A stretch of 64,000 nucleotides of DNA from an uncultured Candidatus Micrarchaeota archaeon. GTDB taxonomy: Archaea > Micrarchaeota > Micrarchaeia > Anstonellales > Bilamarchaeaceae. Positions 36,504 to 44,831 of this stretch are shown one piece after another. Positions within the stretch are counted from its first letter, which is position 1. Each line of letters begins with the position of its first letter. The stretch covers positions 100 to 64,099 of the forward strand of contig CAWDQD010000007.1 in assembly GCA_963804385.1 (NCBI GenBank). The letters run 5' to 3'. A program made the position numbers and the translations under genes. The notes under the pieces are model-generated. The model was not told where the DNA came from. It ran no database searches and saw only the letters and a program-made list of their open reading frames with translations.

Positions 36504-37628
36504 ATGACAATACAGAGATCTTTCAGAGCGGTGGGAGAGGACACCACGATCGTGGGCAAGACCCAACCCTGGTCATATAGCGACAGCAAGTTCAGGAGAT
36601 CGATTACACTCGAATTCCATCCTTCTTCCAAGTGCGGATTCTCATGCCTGCACTGCCAGGGGTTGCCATACCGGAAAAGCTGGGGGGATACGCCTCCGAA
36701 GATGCCCGTGGCCCTTGTGGATCGGGTTTTCTCTGCCTATGACAGCAGGCCGGATAAGAGCGTCGGGATGTGGAGGGTGATCATCTCCGGCATGACTGGG
36801 GAGCCGACACTGAATCCGACAGTGACACGCTCCGTGATCCGGAAAGCGAAAGAGCGCGGGATAGCCGCCGGATTGTCCACCAACGGCATCCTGCTCGGAG
36901 CGGAAGACGTCGATCTCATGACGTCCGATAATACTCCTGACGACTGGCTGAACCTCAGCGCCGACTCCCCTCTCGGGGCCGACCCCCGCCTGGATGATAT
37001 ATTCTGCCGGGCGCATGGATGCAATGGCGGAGCGCTCGGCCGGTTCATGGAAAACCTGGAGGGAGCTGCCGAAATAAAATCCAGGAAAGGGTCTTCGATG
37101 CAGATCAATGTCGATTGGATAATGTCCGACCTTTCATTCGATTCCGGCCACATCCGCGATGACGTCGTAGGGACCATCGAGTACCTGAATTCGCTCCGAG
37201 GCGTCTCACTGCTGCGCCTCCAATTCCCGTTCTATCTTCATCCGCAGGTCCCGCGATTGAATGATGCGAACAGCTCGGAATTGGCCGAAGCATTGAAAGA
37301 CATGATTGAAGGCAAAATCATTTTCCCTGGGCTGCGACCTGATTTCGTAGTCAAGCTGAGGAATAACTGGTACAAGCGGCTACCGGGGATCAGCGAGTGC
37401 TCGGCTGCAAGCGACTACGGGGTTGTGATAGGTCCGGATTCCCGCGTCTACCACTGCCCGTATCTGGCTGCCCCGGCATTCGAAGAGGCCAACGCTCCGC
37501 TTGCCGGCGTGACTCCGGAAAATCTCTGGGGCATGCTCGATAAACTGGGCCCGATCAAGGCGCTCAGCAGGTGCAACGCGGTCTGCATACTGAAGGATTG
37601 CTTCGTTGGAACCGGAATCATCAGGTGA
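36504..37628 (+). CDS. radical SAM enzyme A
   Basis: CX3CX2C cluster CGFSCLHC, then GMTGEPTLNP. C-terminal Cys set: C..HC...RCNAVCILKDC. Confidence 0.8.
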   Translation: MTIQRSFRAVGEDTTIVGKTQPWSYSDSKFRRSITLEFHPSSKCGFSCLHCQGLPYRKSWGDTPPKMPVALVDRVFSAYDSRPDKSVGMWRVIISGMTGEPTLNPTVTRSVIRKAKERGIAAGLSTNGILLGAEDVDLMTSDNTPDDWLNLSADSPLGADPRLDDIFCRAHGCNGGALGRFMENLEGAAEIKSRKGSSMQINVDWIMSDLSFDSGHIRDDVVGTIEYLNSLRGVSLLRLQFPFYLHPQVPRLNDANSSELAEALKDMIEGKIIFPGLRPDFVVKLRNNWYKRLPGISECSAASDYGVVIGPDSRVYHCPYLAAPAFEEANAPLAGVTPENLWGMLDKLGPIKALSRCNAVCILKDCFVGTGIIR

Positions 37629-37632
37629 TGAA

Positions 37633-38988
37633 ATGCTTGCGCAGAAGAACATACTGTTGAACTCTAGGAAAGAGATATTCCGAATCGCCGAGCCTGACCG
37701 GCTGGTGAAGGCCGATCGGCTTTCAACGGAAGAGAAGAAAATCCAGGGATTGACTTCGTTGCAATACTATTTCAGACCGTTCTGCGGCATCATCGCCGCG
37801 GTGGATGACAGCATCCGCTCGCGATGGGACGCCCACCCGAACGACTTCTATCCCCTATCCCCGCTGGATTACGCTTCGGCGGTGGAGAAGTTCCTGAGGG
37901 GGGAGCGGGTGATGCCATTGCAGATATTCACGACCCTCACCAACCGCTGTAATTTCTCCTGCGCGCTCTGCTTCAGCAGGAAGGATCATGAGGGCAAAGA
38001 ATCGCACGATCTCTCCGCAAGCACCTATATCCAGACGCTTGAGTACCTCCTGAGTTTCGGCGGCCCTCTCGCGCAGAACATCTCCTCGGGCGCATCCGGG
38101 GAGGCCATACTCCACAAGGATTTCGACCGTATCATGGAATTCTCAGGAGATAAGGGGATCCTCACTTTCCTGACCACCAACGGAAGCAGGTCCGATCCGG
38201 ATTTCATCGACTGCGTGGCCAGGAACTCGTCCATCCTTACCTTCAGCATCCACGGGATCCACGAAGACGCGTTCAGGAAACTGGAGCGCCCCCCGGCAAG
38301 CATCACGCTCGAGAGGATATTGCGCACAATCGAATCCGTGGTGAGAAAACGGGAAGAGCTCGGGCGCTCGAAAGACATGATAGTCGGAGTCACGTCCCTC
38401 GTCCATCCGGATAATCGCGGGCATTTCATAGAGTTTGCATCGAGGCTTGCCGAGATCGGGGTGGATTACGTGCATTTCAACCCGATCCTTCCGAACCTTA
38501 AATCCCACAACATAATATTTTCTGAAGATGCGTGCCGCAGGGTCGAAGCGGAGCTCCTCCTGCTGCAAGGAATCTTCTCCGGATCCCAGACATACGTGCG
38601 GTCGCCCCTGAAATTCGATCAGAAACTCGATGATCAGACGTATTATTTCGACCCTACCGGCAGGAAAGTCCCCGAGACCTGCCTGATCGCCCTGCTACAG
38701 CCGAGCATCCATCCGATGTACGGAACTGATACCGCGAAGATGACCGCATGCCGATTCTATCCTGACGTGACCGAGAACCCGGACTTCTGGTACTCTTCGG
38801 AACTAGGGCCCCTCAGCTTCGAATCCGTCTGGACACAGGATAATCTCGCCCGCATCCAGCGGCAGACCATGAAATGCAGCGCCTGCTCTTCCCAGAGGCA
38901 GCTGGCGGAACTGGACTGGATGCTCCACACCAAAAAGTCGCATCCTAACGCGGAATTCTACCTGGACTTCTCATCCGAAATGCCTTAG
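37633..38988 (+). CDS. radical SAM enzyme B
   Basis: Start MLAQKN is 5 nt after the stop of enzyme A, preceded by AGGTGA. CX3CX2C cluster CNFSCALC. C-terminal cysteines (ETC, ACRF, KCSAC). The 3' end overlaps the convergent gene by 18 nt. Confidence 0.8.
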   Translation: MLAQKNILLNSRKEIFRIAEPDRLVKADRLSTEEKKIQGLTSLQYYFRPFCGIIAAVDDSIRSRWDAHPNDFYPLSPLDYASAVEKFLRGERVMPLQIFTTLTNRCNFSCALCFSRKDHEGKESHDLSASTYIQTLEYLLSFGGPLAQNISSGASGEAILHKDFDRIMEFSGDKGILTFLTTNGSRSDPDFIDCVARNSSILTFSIHGIHEDAFRKLERPPASITLERILRTIESVVRKREELGRSKDMIVGVTSLVHPDNRGHFIEFASRLAEIGVDYVHFNPILPNLKSHNIIFSEDACRRVEAELLLLQGIFSGSQTYVRSPLKFDQKLDDQTYYFDPTGRKVPETCLIALLQPSIHPMYGTDTAKMTACRFYPDVTENPDFWYSSELGPLSFESVWTQDNLARIQRQTMKCSACSSQRQLAELDWMLHTKKSHPNAEFYLDFSSEMP

Positions 38989-41655
38989 CTGGTCCATGAA
39001 CACCGAAGTCCTGAACTGCCCTGCCGCGGGAAGGCCGGATACTCCATTCGATTTGAACCCGCCGGTCGGGCCGATAACCAGATCCGCTTCGCCCAGGCGG
39101 TCCCTTATGTATCTGGCGTATGTGGCGTCGTAGACCATCATCTGCTCTTTCGAAGGGAGCAAAGAGTCGAGGCCTTTCCTCCTGAAAAGTATCTGCCTGA
39201 AACATAGCGAAGGCGCCCAGACCTCCCGCGGGAAATCGAACGCGATCGTCAGGTCCCATCCCATCCCGTGATTGAACTCCGGGGCCAGGATCCATGTCCC
39301 TTCATACAATAATCTTTCCCCGGAACTCTCACGCAGGTCGTTCGCTATCGCAGGCATGTCATAGCTCGGTTCGACCTCGGTGATCCCGGACATCATCTGG
39401 CTCTCCCCGCCCTGCTGGACCTTCCGGTATCTATCCAGGTTGACCAGCTTGAGATCCATGCCGCGAAGCAGCTGGTTGCGCAGCATCGTTTTTCCGGTCG
39501 CGGGGTGCCCTCCCAAGCGTATCCGCAGCGGCCTTCCCAGCCCCTGCTCCATCCTCCCTATCACGCCTGACAGGTCTTCCGCGAGGGAATGGACGTCGAT
39601 GACCTGCCTCAATGGATCCATCTTCAGATCCTGCGGCCCGATCCCGGCTGCCGCGAACCTCTCCGGGTTCATGCCGGCGAGCTCTTCCACGTGGTCGTTG
39701 TACGCCTGTATGGCTTCCCCGTATGTCCCGTCGATGAATGCGTGCCGCATCCTCCGTTGCAGGGCGGATGGCGTCTTCGCGAACGGGCGGACGTTCCTAG
39801 ATTCCGCGCACATGTGCTCGTCTATGAGCCATTCCGCCTTCTCCGCGAGCTCATCATCACCGGCGGCATGGGCGGTGGCCCAGAACAGGGCGAGGGATTT
39901 CACGTGAGTGGAGAATGTCTTGAACGGGTACCTGTACCCGAGGAATCTCAGGATGCTCTCCTGCTTGGCGAGCGCATCGTCCGCGAATCCCTCCAGTTCC
40001 CTGTTGGTGTAAACCATCTCGGACTGCTTGTACGGCGCCCGCATCCCCGGCCTGTCGAGCATCCCGTAGCCGATCCTTCCCGGATGCTTGCGCATCGCCC
40101 TCTCGGACGCGTACATGCGCGGCACCACGTTCACCGTGGCCCCCTTCCCGATGAAATCGAGCGCCCTGCTCACCGTATGCAGCACGTCCGCGGGGCGGTC
40201 GTTGAACCCCCCGAACAGTATCATGTTCATGCCCGGCGTGATGCCGGCGTCGATGACCGCCTGCAGCACGTTCTCGTTCTGCTCGACCGTTATCCCCTTG
40301 TCCATGCTGTCAAGCGCGCCCTGCACGAAACTCTCGTTGCCGAAGTATAACCGTTTGAACCCCGCGCGGGCGAGAAGCCCTATGAATTCCCCATCCGGCA
40401 CATCGGAATCGCGGCTGACGCAGAATTCGTTGACCCTCCCCTTGCAGGATTTCCTGATGCCCTGGAGCCCCTGCCTTATCACCTCGCGGCAGAATTCCTC
40501 CACCACGTCCCTGTGGGTCGTGAAATTGTTGTCGAATATCTGCACGGCGTCATGGGGTTCGTGGCCCTCGGATGTGCCTTCCTGCAACTCCTTCCTTATC
40601 CTATCAACCGCAGCCCGCGCGGCTTCGATCCTCTCTTCCTTCCCCATCCTCATGGTGTTCCTGGGGGTGTCGCAGAATACGCATTTGCCCCGGCAATGGT
40701 CCGTGATCGTTATGGCGATCGGTTTCGAGCCGATATGGTCTCCTTGGACCGTGGCTTTCTTCTTGCGCGCCCTGACATACGTGGTCCCGTGGTAGACGTC
40801 CTCCTTCCGTATGGGCACGTCCTCCGGATGGCTCTCCAACGACGTATTGGCGGGCCTCTTCAGGTCATCCGCGTGCGTGACCTTCCCGTCCTCATATATC
40901 CATATCCCTCCCAATGCGGAGAGCCGCTCCTTCTTGAAAACCGTCTCAGCGATGCGCGCCAGCGTTCTCTCGCCCGGACCTTTCACGACCACGTCAACCG
41001 GGAACGAGCGGAGGAACTCCTCGGGAGGGATGCTGAAGAATTCCGGGCCTCCGGCCACCCTCAACGCATCCGGATTGAGCCTGCCGACCCGCGTCATCAC
41101 CTCCACGTCGTTCTCGAGGACTATGGGGCACATCCCGATGATGCCGAATCTTTCGTTGGCAAGTATCCACTCCAGCCTATCGAGCCCGCCCAGGTTCGGG
41201 TTGTACACCCGCGAATCGACGAAATCCGTCTCCCTCAGCATGAAATGGCTGAGATTCTCGACGCCGTATTCCGGATCGATGACCCTGAGCTCGCCTTCGA
41301 ACGCCCCGTAGGACGCGATGATGAGCATTTTCAAGAAATCTTGCCTGGCGGATATGCCGTACCTGGAGAATGCGTCTTTATCGCCACCTATCGTCTCCCT
41401 GAACGCGCCTTCTATGTCCGATTGCGTATGCTGCCTGAGCGACAGGAGCACTTCGGTATCCCATATCTCCAGGAGGGCCTTCACGAAATCCCTAGGGACA
41501 GCGACAGGCATGGTGCCCCTGCGGAAGCCGTATGCAATGCCCCGGCTTTCGACTTCGTTCTCGAGTATCTGTCCGCGGAAAGGCGCCCTTCTGTAGAATA
41601 GCACGTTCGCCTTCTGCAAAGACAGGGCATCAGAAGCGCTTTTGATCAGCGTCAT
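38971..41655 (-). CDS. B12-binding-domain radical SAM enzyme fused to a uridine kinase/PRK-like P-loop domain
   Basis: Start MTLIKSAS, with an ATGA overlap at 41652-41655. Rossmann-like FGIIGMCPIVLEND...VDVVVKGPGERTLARI. CX3CX2C cluster CRGKCVFC. C-terminal Walker A GGHPATGKTML followed by LVNLDRY. Confidence 0.75.
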   Translation of the reverse strand: MTLIKSASDALSLQKANVLFYRRAPFRGQILENEVESRGIAYGFRRGTMPVAVPRDFVKALLEIWDTEVLLSLRQHTQSDIEGAFRETIGGDKDAFSRYGISARQDFLKMLIIASYGAFEGELRVIDPEYGVENLSHFMLRETDFVDSRVYNPNLGGLDRLEWILANERFGIIGMCPIVLENDVEVMTRVGRLNPDALRVAGGPEFFSIPPEEFLRSFPVDVVVKGPGERTLARIAETVFKKERLSALGGIWIYEDGKVTHADDLKRPANTSLESHPEDVPIRKEDVYHGTTYVRARKKKATVQGDHIGSKPIAITITDHCRGKCVFCDTPRNTMRMGKEERIEAARAAVDRIRKELQEGTSEGHEPHDAVQIFDNNFTTHRDVVEEFCREVIRQGLQGIRKSCKGRVNEFCVSRDSDVPDGEFIGLLARAGFKRLYFGNESFVQGALDSMDKGITVEQNENVLQAVIDAGITPGMNMILFGGFNDRPADVLHTVSRALDFIGKGATVNVVPRMYASERAMRKHPGRIGYGMLDRPGMRAPYKQSEMVYTNRELEGFADDALAKQESILRFLGYRYPFKTFSTHVKSLALFWATAHAAGDDELAEKAEWLIDEHMCAESRNVRPFAKTPSALQRRMRHAFIDGTYGEAIQAYNDHVEELAGMNPERFAAAGIGPQDLKMDPLRQVIDVHSLAEDLSGVIGRMEQGLGRPLRIRLGGHPATGKTMLRNQLLRGMDLKLVNLDRYRKVQQGGESQMMSGITEVEPSYDMPAIANDLRESSGERLLYEGTWILAPEFNHGMGWDLTIAFDFPREVWAPSLCFRQILFRRKGLDSLLPSKEQMMVYDATYARYIRDRLGEADLVIGPTGGFKSNGVSGLPAAGQFRTSVFMDQLRHFG

Positions 41656-42956
41656 AGTCCATCCTCGCTGAAGATGAACGCGGAGGTTATGCCGTACCCC
41701 TCCCTGCCACGATAGAGGAGGTCCGTGCATCCGATCCTATCGATGAGAGCGACCTTGCCGTTTTCGAGCTGCCCTAGCCGCTGGTCCCCGCCGTTCGACA
41801 TCAGCAGCCCGTCCCTGATGTTCAATCCGAATGCCCGCGAGATCCTGAGCATGAGCTCCGCGACCTGCTCCACCATCAGCCCCTTCCTTGAGAAATCGGT
41901 GTATACCTTCAGCATGGACAATGTTTTCCCGTCATAGTCCATCCCGATCATGGAATGTCCGAAGCATGATCGCTTGAGTGCTATCCACAATCTTCCCTGG
42001 TGGAGGTCATACTCGTCCCGGGAATATCCTGCATCGCCCAGCTTCTCGACGACTACGTCCTCCTGTTCACTCACGTGGAACGTCACGTGGTCCCCGCGTA
42101 TCACGCTCCTGATCAGCGGATCCAGCCTGTTCGTCTTTGCGACGAGGTTCTTGCAATCCTGCTCGGATGCCAATCTCGAAAGCTCGCTCATCTGGGCAGT
42201 ATCCACCAGCCCATGCAGCATCTGGATGTTCGCCTCGAAGATCCTCCTGTTGATGGAGGCCAGGTAAGGCAGCTTAACGATATGGCTGAAATCGCCCGCG
42301 AATTCAGACGCGAGCGGCCGCTTGGTGTCCCTGTCGCAGCATAGGAGTCCGACCGGGTCTCCGCCCTTTATCAGCTGCTGGCCGTACACCGCGTGCGCCA
42401 CCCATTCCGGTATGCGGTCGAGCTCCAGGGCTCCAATCTCCGGGGAACCGCAGTCCGGGATTATTAGCGCGGTCTGGGGGCCGAGGAACCTCTCGCGGTA
42501 ATGCTGGTGCAGTTCCCCGTCGGTGTATATCCAATGCCCGAGATTCCAGAACAGGTTCCCGTTGGCATCGGTCACCATCGCTATCTTCTCGTCAGGGAAA
42601 CTCTCCTTGTGCCTAGCGACGTAGTCCTGGGGCGTGGAGCGCCGGAATAACGATGAGATCTGCCCGAAATACTCATCCATCCTCCCTCCAAGGTTCCCAT
42701 CTATGCAGCCCCTCACTGTGCCGTCGCCCCATGCATAACCGCTGGCGCGGGAATTGACCGCGGGGGTGATTTTCGTCCTCTCGGTGTCGACCATGGCGAA
42801 ATGGAAACCTACCATGGAATCCTTCATGATCTCGCCTTCGAAGAGGCTGATGCCGCTCCAGTCGCTCTTGCTCCTCATGCTCACGGTGCCGAACGGCATG
42901 TCGAATGCGGCCGGCGGCTTGTATCTCAAGCTCGGGGTCATCACGCCCGGCATCAT
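41652..42956 (-). CDS. hypothetical protein; the C-terminal third resembles phosphodiester glycosidase (NAGPA/DUF2233)
   Basis: Start MMPGVM, with an ATGA overlap at 42953-42956. HSMIGMDYDGKTLSMLKVYTD...GLMVEQVAELMLR..GLNIRDGLLMSNGGDQ resembles the family pattern R-x-x-G..dG..l.lv.vdG...G.tl.ela.lm...G...A.nLDGGGS, from memory. Confidence 0.45.
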   Translation of the reverse strand: MMPGVMTPSLRYKPPAAFDMPFGTVSMRSKSDWSGISLFEGEIMKDSMVGFHFAMVDTERTKITPAVNSRASGYAWGDGTVRGCIDGNLGGRMDEYFGQISSLFRRSTPQDYVARHKESFPDEKIAMVTDANGNLFWNLGHWIYTDGELHQHYRERFLGPQTALIIPDCGSPEIGALELDRIPEWVAHAVYGQQLIKGGDPVGLLCCDRDTKRPLASEFAGDFSHIVKLPYLASINRRIFEANIQMLHGLVDTAQMSELSRLASEQDCKNLVAKTNRLDPLIRSVIRGDHVTFHVSEQEDVVVEKLGDAGYSRDEYDLHQGRLWIALKRSCFGHSMIGMDYDGKTLSMLKVYTDFSRKGLMVEQVAELMLRISRAFGLNIRDGLLMSNGGDQRLGQLENGKVALIDRIGCTDLLYRGREGYGITSAFIFSEDGL

Positions 42957-44236
42957 ATGAACGACGTCCCTCCGGGATCCCCAGCGTTCCTTATGACGTC
43001 CAGGAATGCCTGGAACTCTTCGATCTCGCGCTCGGCCAGCCTCCCTTCGGAACTCAGCACTCCAAGGAGCGTGTTCGTCCGGTGGATCTTGCATGTGGGA
43101 GGGCAGACGCCGATCCTGCCTATGGCCGCTTTCCTCTCTACGGATTCCCATACCCTCTCCAATGGCTGCGAACGCAGGTCCCCGAGCAGGAAATCAGGAT
43201 TGCCGTCGCGTTCCGAGCACAGGTAGACGCGCCCGTCGTATGCGATGCTCGCCGCCCACGGGTGGCCGAGGCATGATTTGCAGTCCTTCCCGCCTATGGG
43301 CTGGCCGGCCGCGGCATCAACGAAATAATCATCCGCGATTATCGGGACGATCGGGTATCCGGATAATATCGCCTTCACTTCCTGGAAGTTCTCAATCGCC
43401 CTTCGAGCGACGTCCTGGGTTATCTGCTTCCTCAGGTCGCATCCGCTCTGCCCGTAATTAAGGACCGGGCGGTATCCGATGTAGCTGACCAGGGCCTTCG
43501 GATCCTTATCCAGCAGCTCCTTCGCGAACAGTGCGACGCTTCGCATGAATTCCACGTTGATACCGTTCACGATCATCCCGAGGCCGAAGCTCGTCTCGGT
43601 CCCGGAGAGCGCTGTCGCCATGAGCCTGATGTTCTCCTTAGCTTTGTGGTAAACCGCAGGATTCTTTATCCTGTGGAATCTCAGGTAATTCTCCTGGTCC
43701 GCGCTGTTGAAGCTCACCCTCACGAAACTTATGTTCGATTCGGCCAGGTCGGCGGCTTTCGCTTCATCGAACAGCGTGCCGTTCGTGAAAAAGCCGGTCT
43801 CGAATCTCTTCTTGCCCGCATACTTCAGGCCGTCTATGGTGCGCGGGTTGGTCATCGGTTCCCCGCCCCCTGTGAATATCACGCCGTTGACTCCTGCGTC
43901 TCCTATCTTGTCGAGCAGGTCCGTCATCACCTCGTACGGCATTATCCGTTTCCCGGCATCGGAGATCGTGCGCTCTTTCCAGAGCCGGTAGGTGCAATCG
44001 CCGCAGCTGAGGTTGCACTCCAGGGACGGCACGAGCTCCACCGTGATCGGTGTGACCTTCTCCGGCTCTCCGCGCAATACGTGCCCGATCCGTTCGCGGT
44101 GCCACAGCGCCTTGATATGGTGCTGCATGCCGATCGGGAATTCCGGCTTGAGCAATGAGATGACCCCGCGCTCCAAGCGGGCCAGCCGCTGATCAGCGCT
44201 GATTCTCGACTCTAATACTGGAATGAGCGTCTTCAT
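42953..44236 (-). CDS. radical SAM enzyme C with SPASM/twitch-like C-terminus
   Basis: CX3CX2C cluster CNLSCGDC, then FTGGGEPMTNP. C-terminal CKSCLGH...YLCSERDGNPDFLLGDLRSQPLERVWES...VCPPTCKIH. Own TATA (minus-strand aatataag, plus 44292-44299) and GGAGGGG upstream. Confidence 0.85.
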   Translation of the reverse strand: MKTLIPVLESRISADQRLARLERGVISLLKPEFPIGMQHHIKALWHRERIGHVLRGEPEKVTPITVELVPSLECNLSCGDCTYRLWKERTISDAGKRIMPYEVMTDLLDKIGDAGVNGVIFTGGGEPMTNPRTIDGLKYAGKKRFETGFFTNGTLFDEAKAADLAESNISFVRVSFNSADQENYLRFHRIKNPAVYHKAKENIRLMATALSGTETSFGLGMIVNGINVEFMRSVALFAKELLDKDPKALVSYIGYRPVLNYGQSGCDLRKQITQDVARRAIENFQEVKAILSGYPIVPIIADDYFVDAAAGQPIGGKDCKSCLGHPWAASIAYDGRVYLCSERDGNPDFLLGDLRSQPLERVWESVERKAAIGRIGVCPPTCKIHRTNTLLGVLSSEGRLAEREIEEFQAFLDVIRNAGDPGGTSFI

Positions 44237-44318
44237 CTGTCCCCGACCCCTCCTGTCCTGTTGGAATTATAGTAGAAAGTAGTAAAAAGTGCTTATATTC
44301 TTTCCTATCCGCCCTGGT

Positions 44319-44831
44319 CTATCCCAAAACGCTGGAAAACGGCTTCTTGAAGCCCGCCGGCGCTTTCTCCCACGCGGTTTCCAGCGCAAGATAGCCCGCG
44401 ACCCCGATGGCCATCCCGCCGAAGACGTCGAAGAATGTATGCACTCCCAGATAGACCCTGGTGAACGCGACGAACACGGCGAATGCGGTGTATATCCATC
44501 CGTTCGGTTTCTTCCATAATCCTGCCGCGAGGGCGAACGCGACGACCGCATTGCTGCTCGGGAACGAATAGCCGTCCGGGCATTGCACCTTGGATGGGAT
44601 CAACAAGCAGGGCCGTTGCTCCTGGACCAGGTATTTCACTCCGGTCCCCAGAAGATAGACGATCACGAGCGCCAGTATGAGGCGATTCCGCTTCTTGCCC
44701 TGTTCGGCGATGAACGCGATGATCAGGACGATCGCCAGGAACAGGAAGTCGTTGTCGATGAGCTGGGCTATGGGGGTAAGCAGGGGGATGCTCAGCTGGC
44801 TGGCCCACATGGTTATGATATCGAGCATCAT
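44319..44831 (-). CDS. PAP2-family phosphatase (candidate dolichyl/polyprenyl-diphosphate phosphatase)
   Basis: Motifs KYLVQEQRP, SFPSSNA (PSGH position) and FTRVYLGVHTFFDV (SRxxxxxHxxxD position). ATGA overlap with the AglB stop at 44828-44831. Confidence 0.7.
   Translation of the reverse strand: MMLDIITMWASQLSIPLLTPIAQLIDNDFLFLAIVLIIAFIAEQGKKRNRLILALVIVYLLGTGVKYLVQEQRPCLLIPSKVQCPDGYSFPSSNAVVAFALAAGLWKKPNGWIYTAFAVFVAFTRVYLGVHTFFDVFGGMAIGVAGYLALETAWEKAPAGFKKPFSSVLG

Noticed and set aside
36365-36631. 88-aa minus-strand ORF at the edge of the rSAM island as a possible RiPP precursor
   Set aside because: It overlaps the 5' end of radical SAM gene A on the opposite strand, has no promoter or SD context, and has no Cys/Ser/Thr-rich core.
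40513-41601. 362-aa plus-strand ORF, and 39589..40350, 40088..40795
   Set aside because: They are antisense to the B12-rSAM/kinase fusion gene and have no motifs.
41656-41730. Longer N-termini of ORFs 38971..41730 and 41652..43151
   Set aside because: Internal starts at 41655 and 42956 create ATGA overlaps with the upstream stops. The extensions overlap the upstream genes and are compositionally aberrant.
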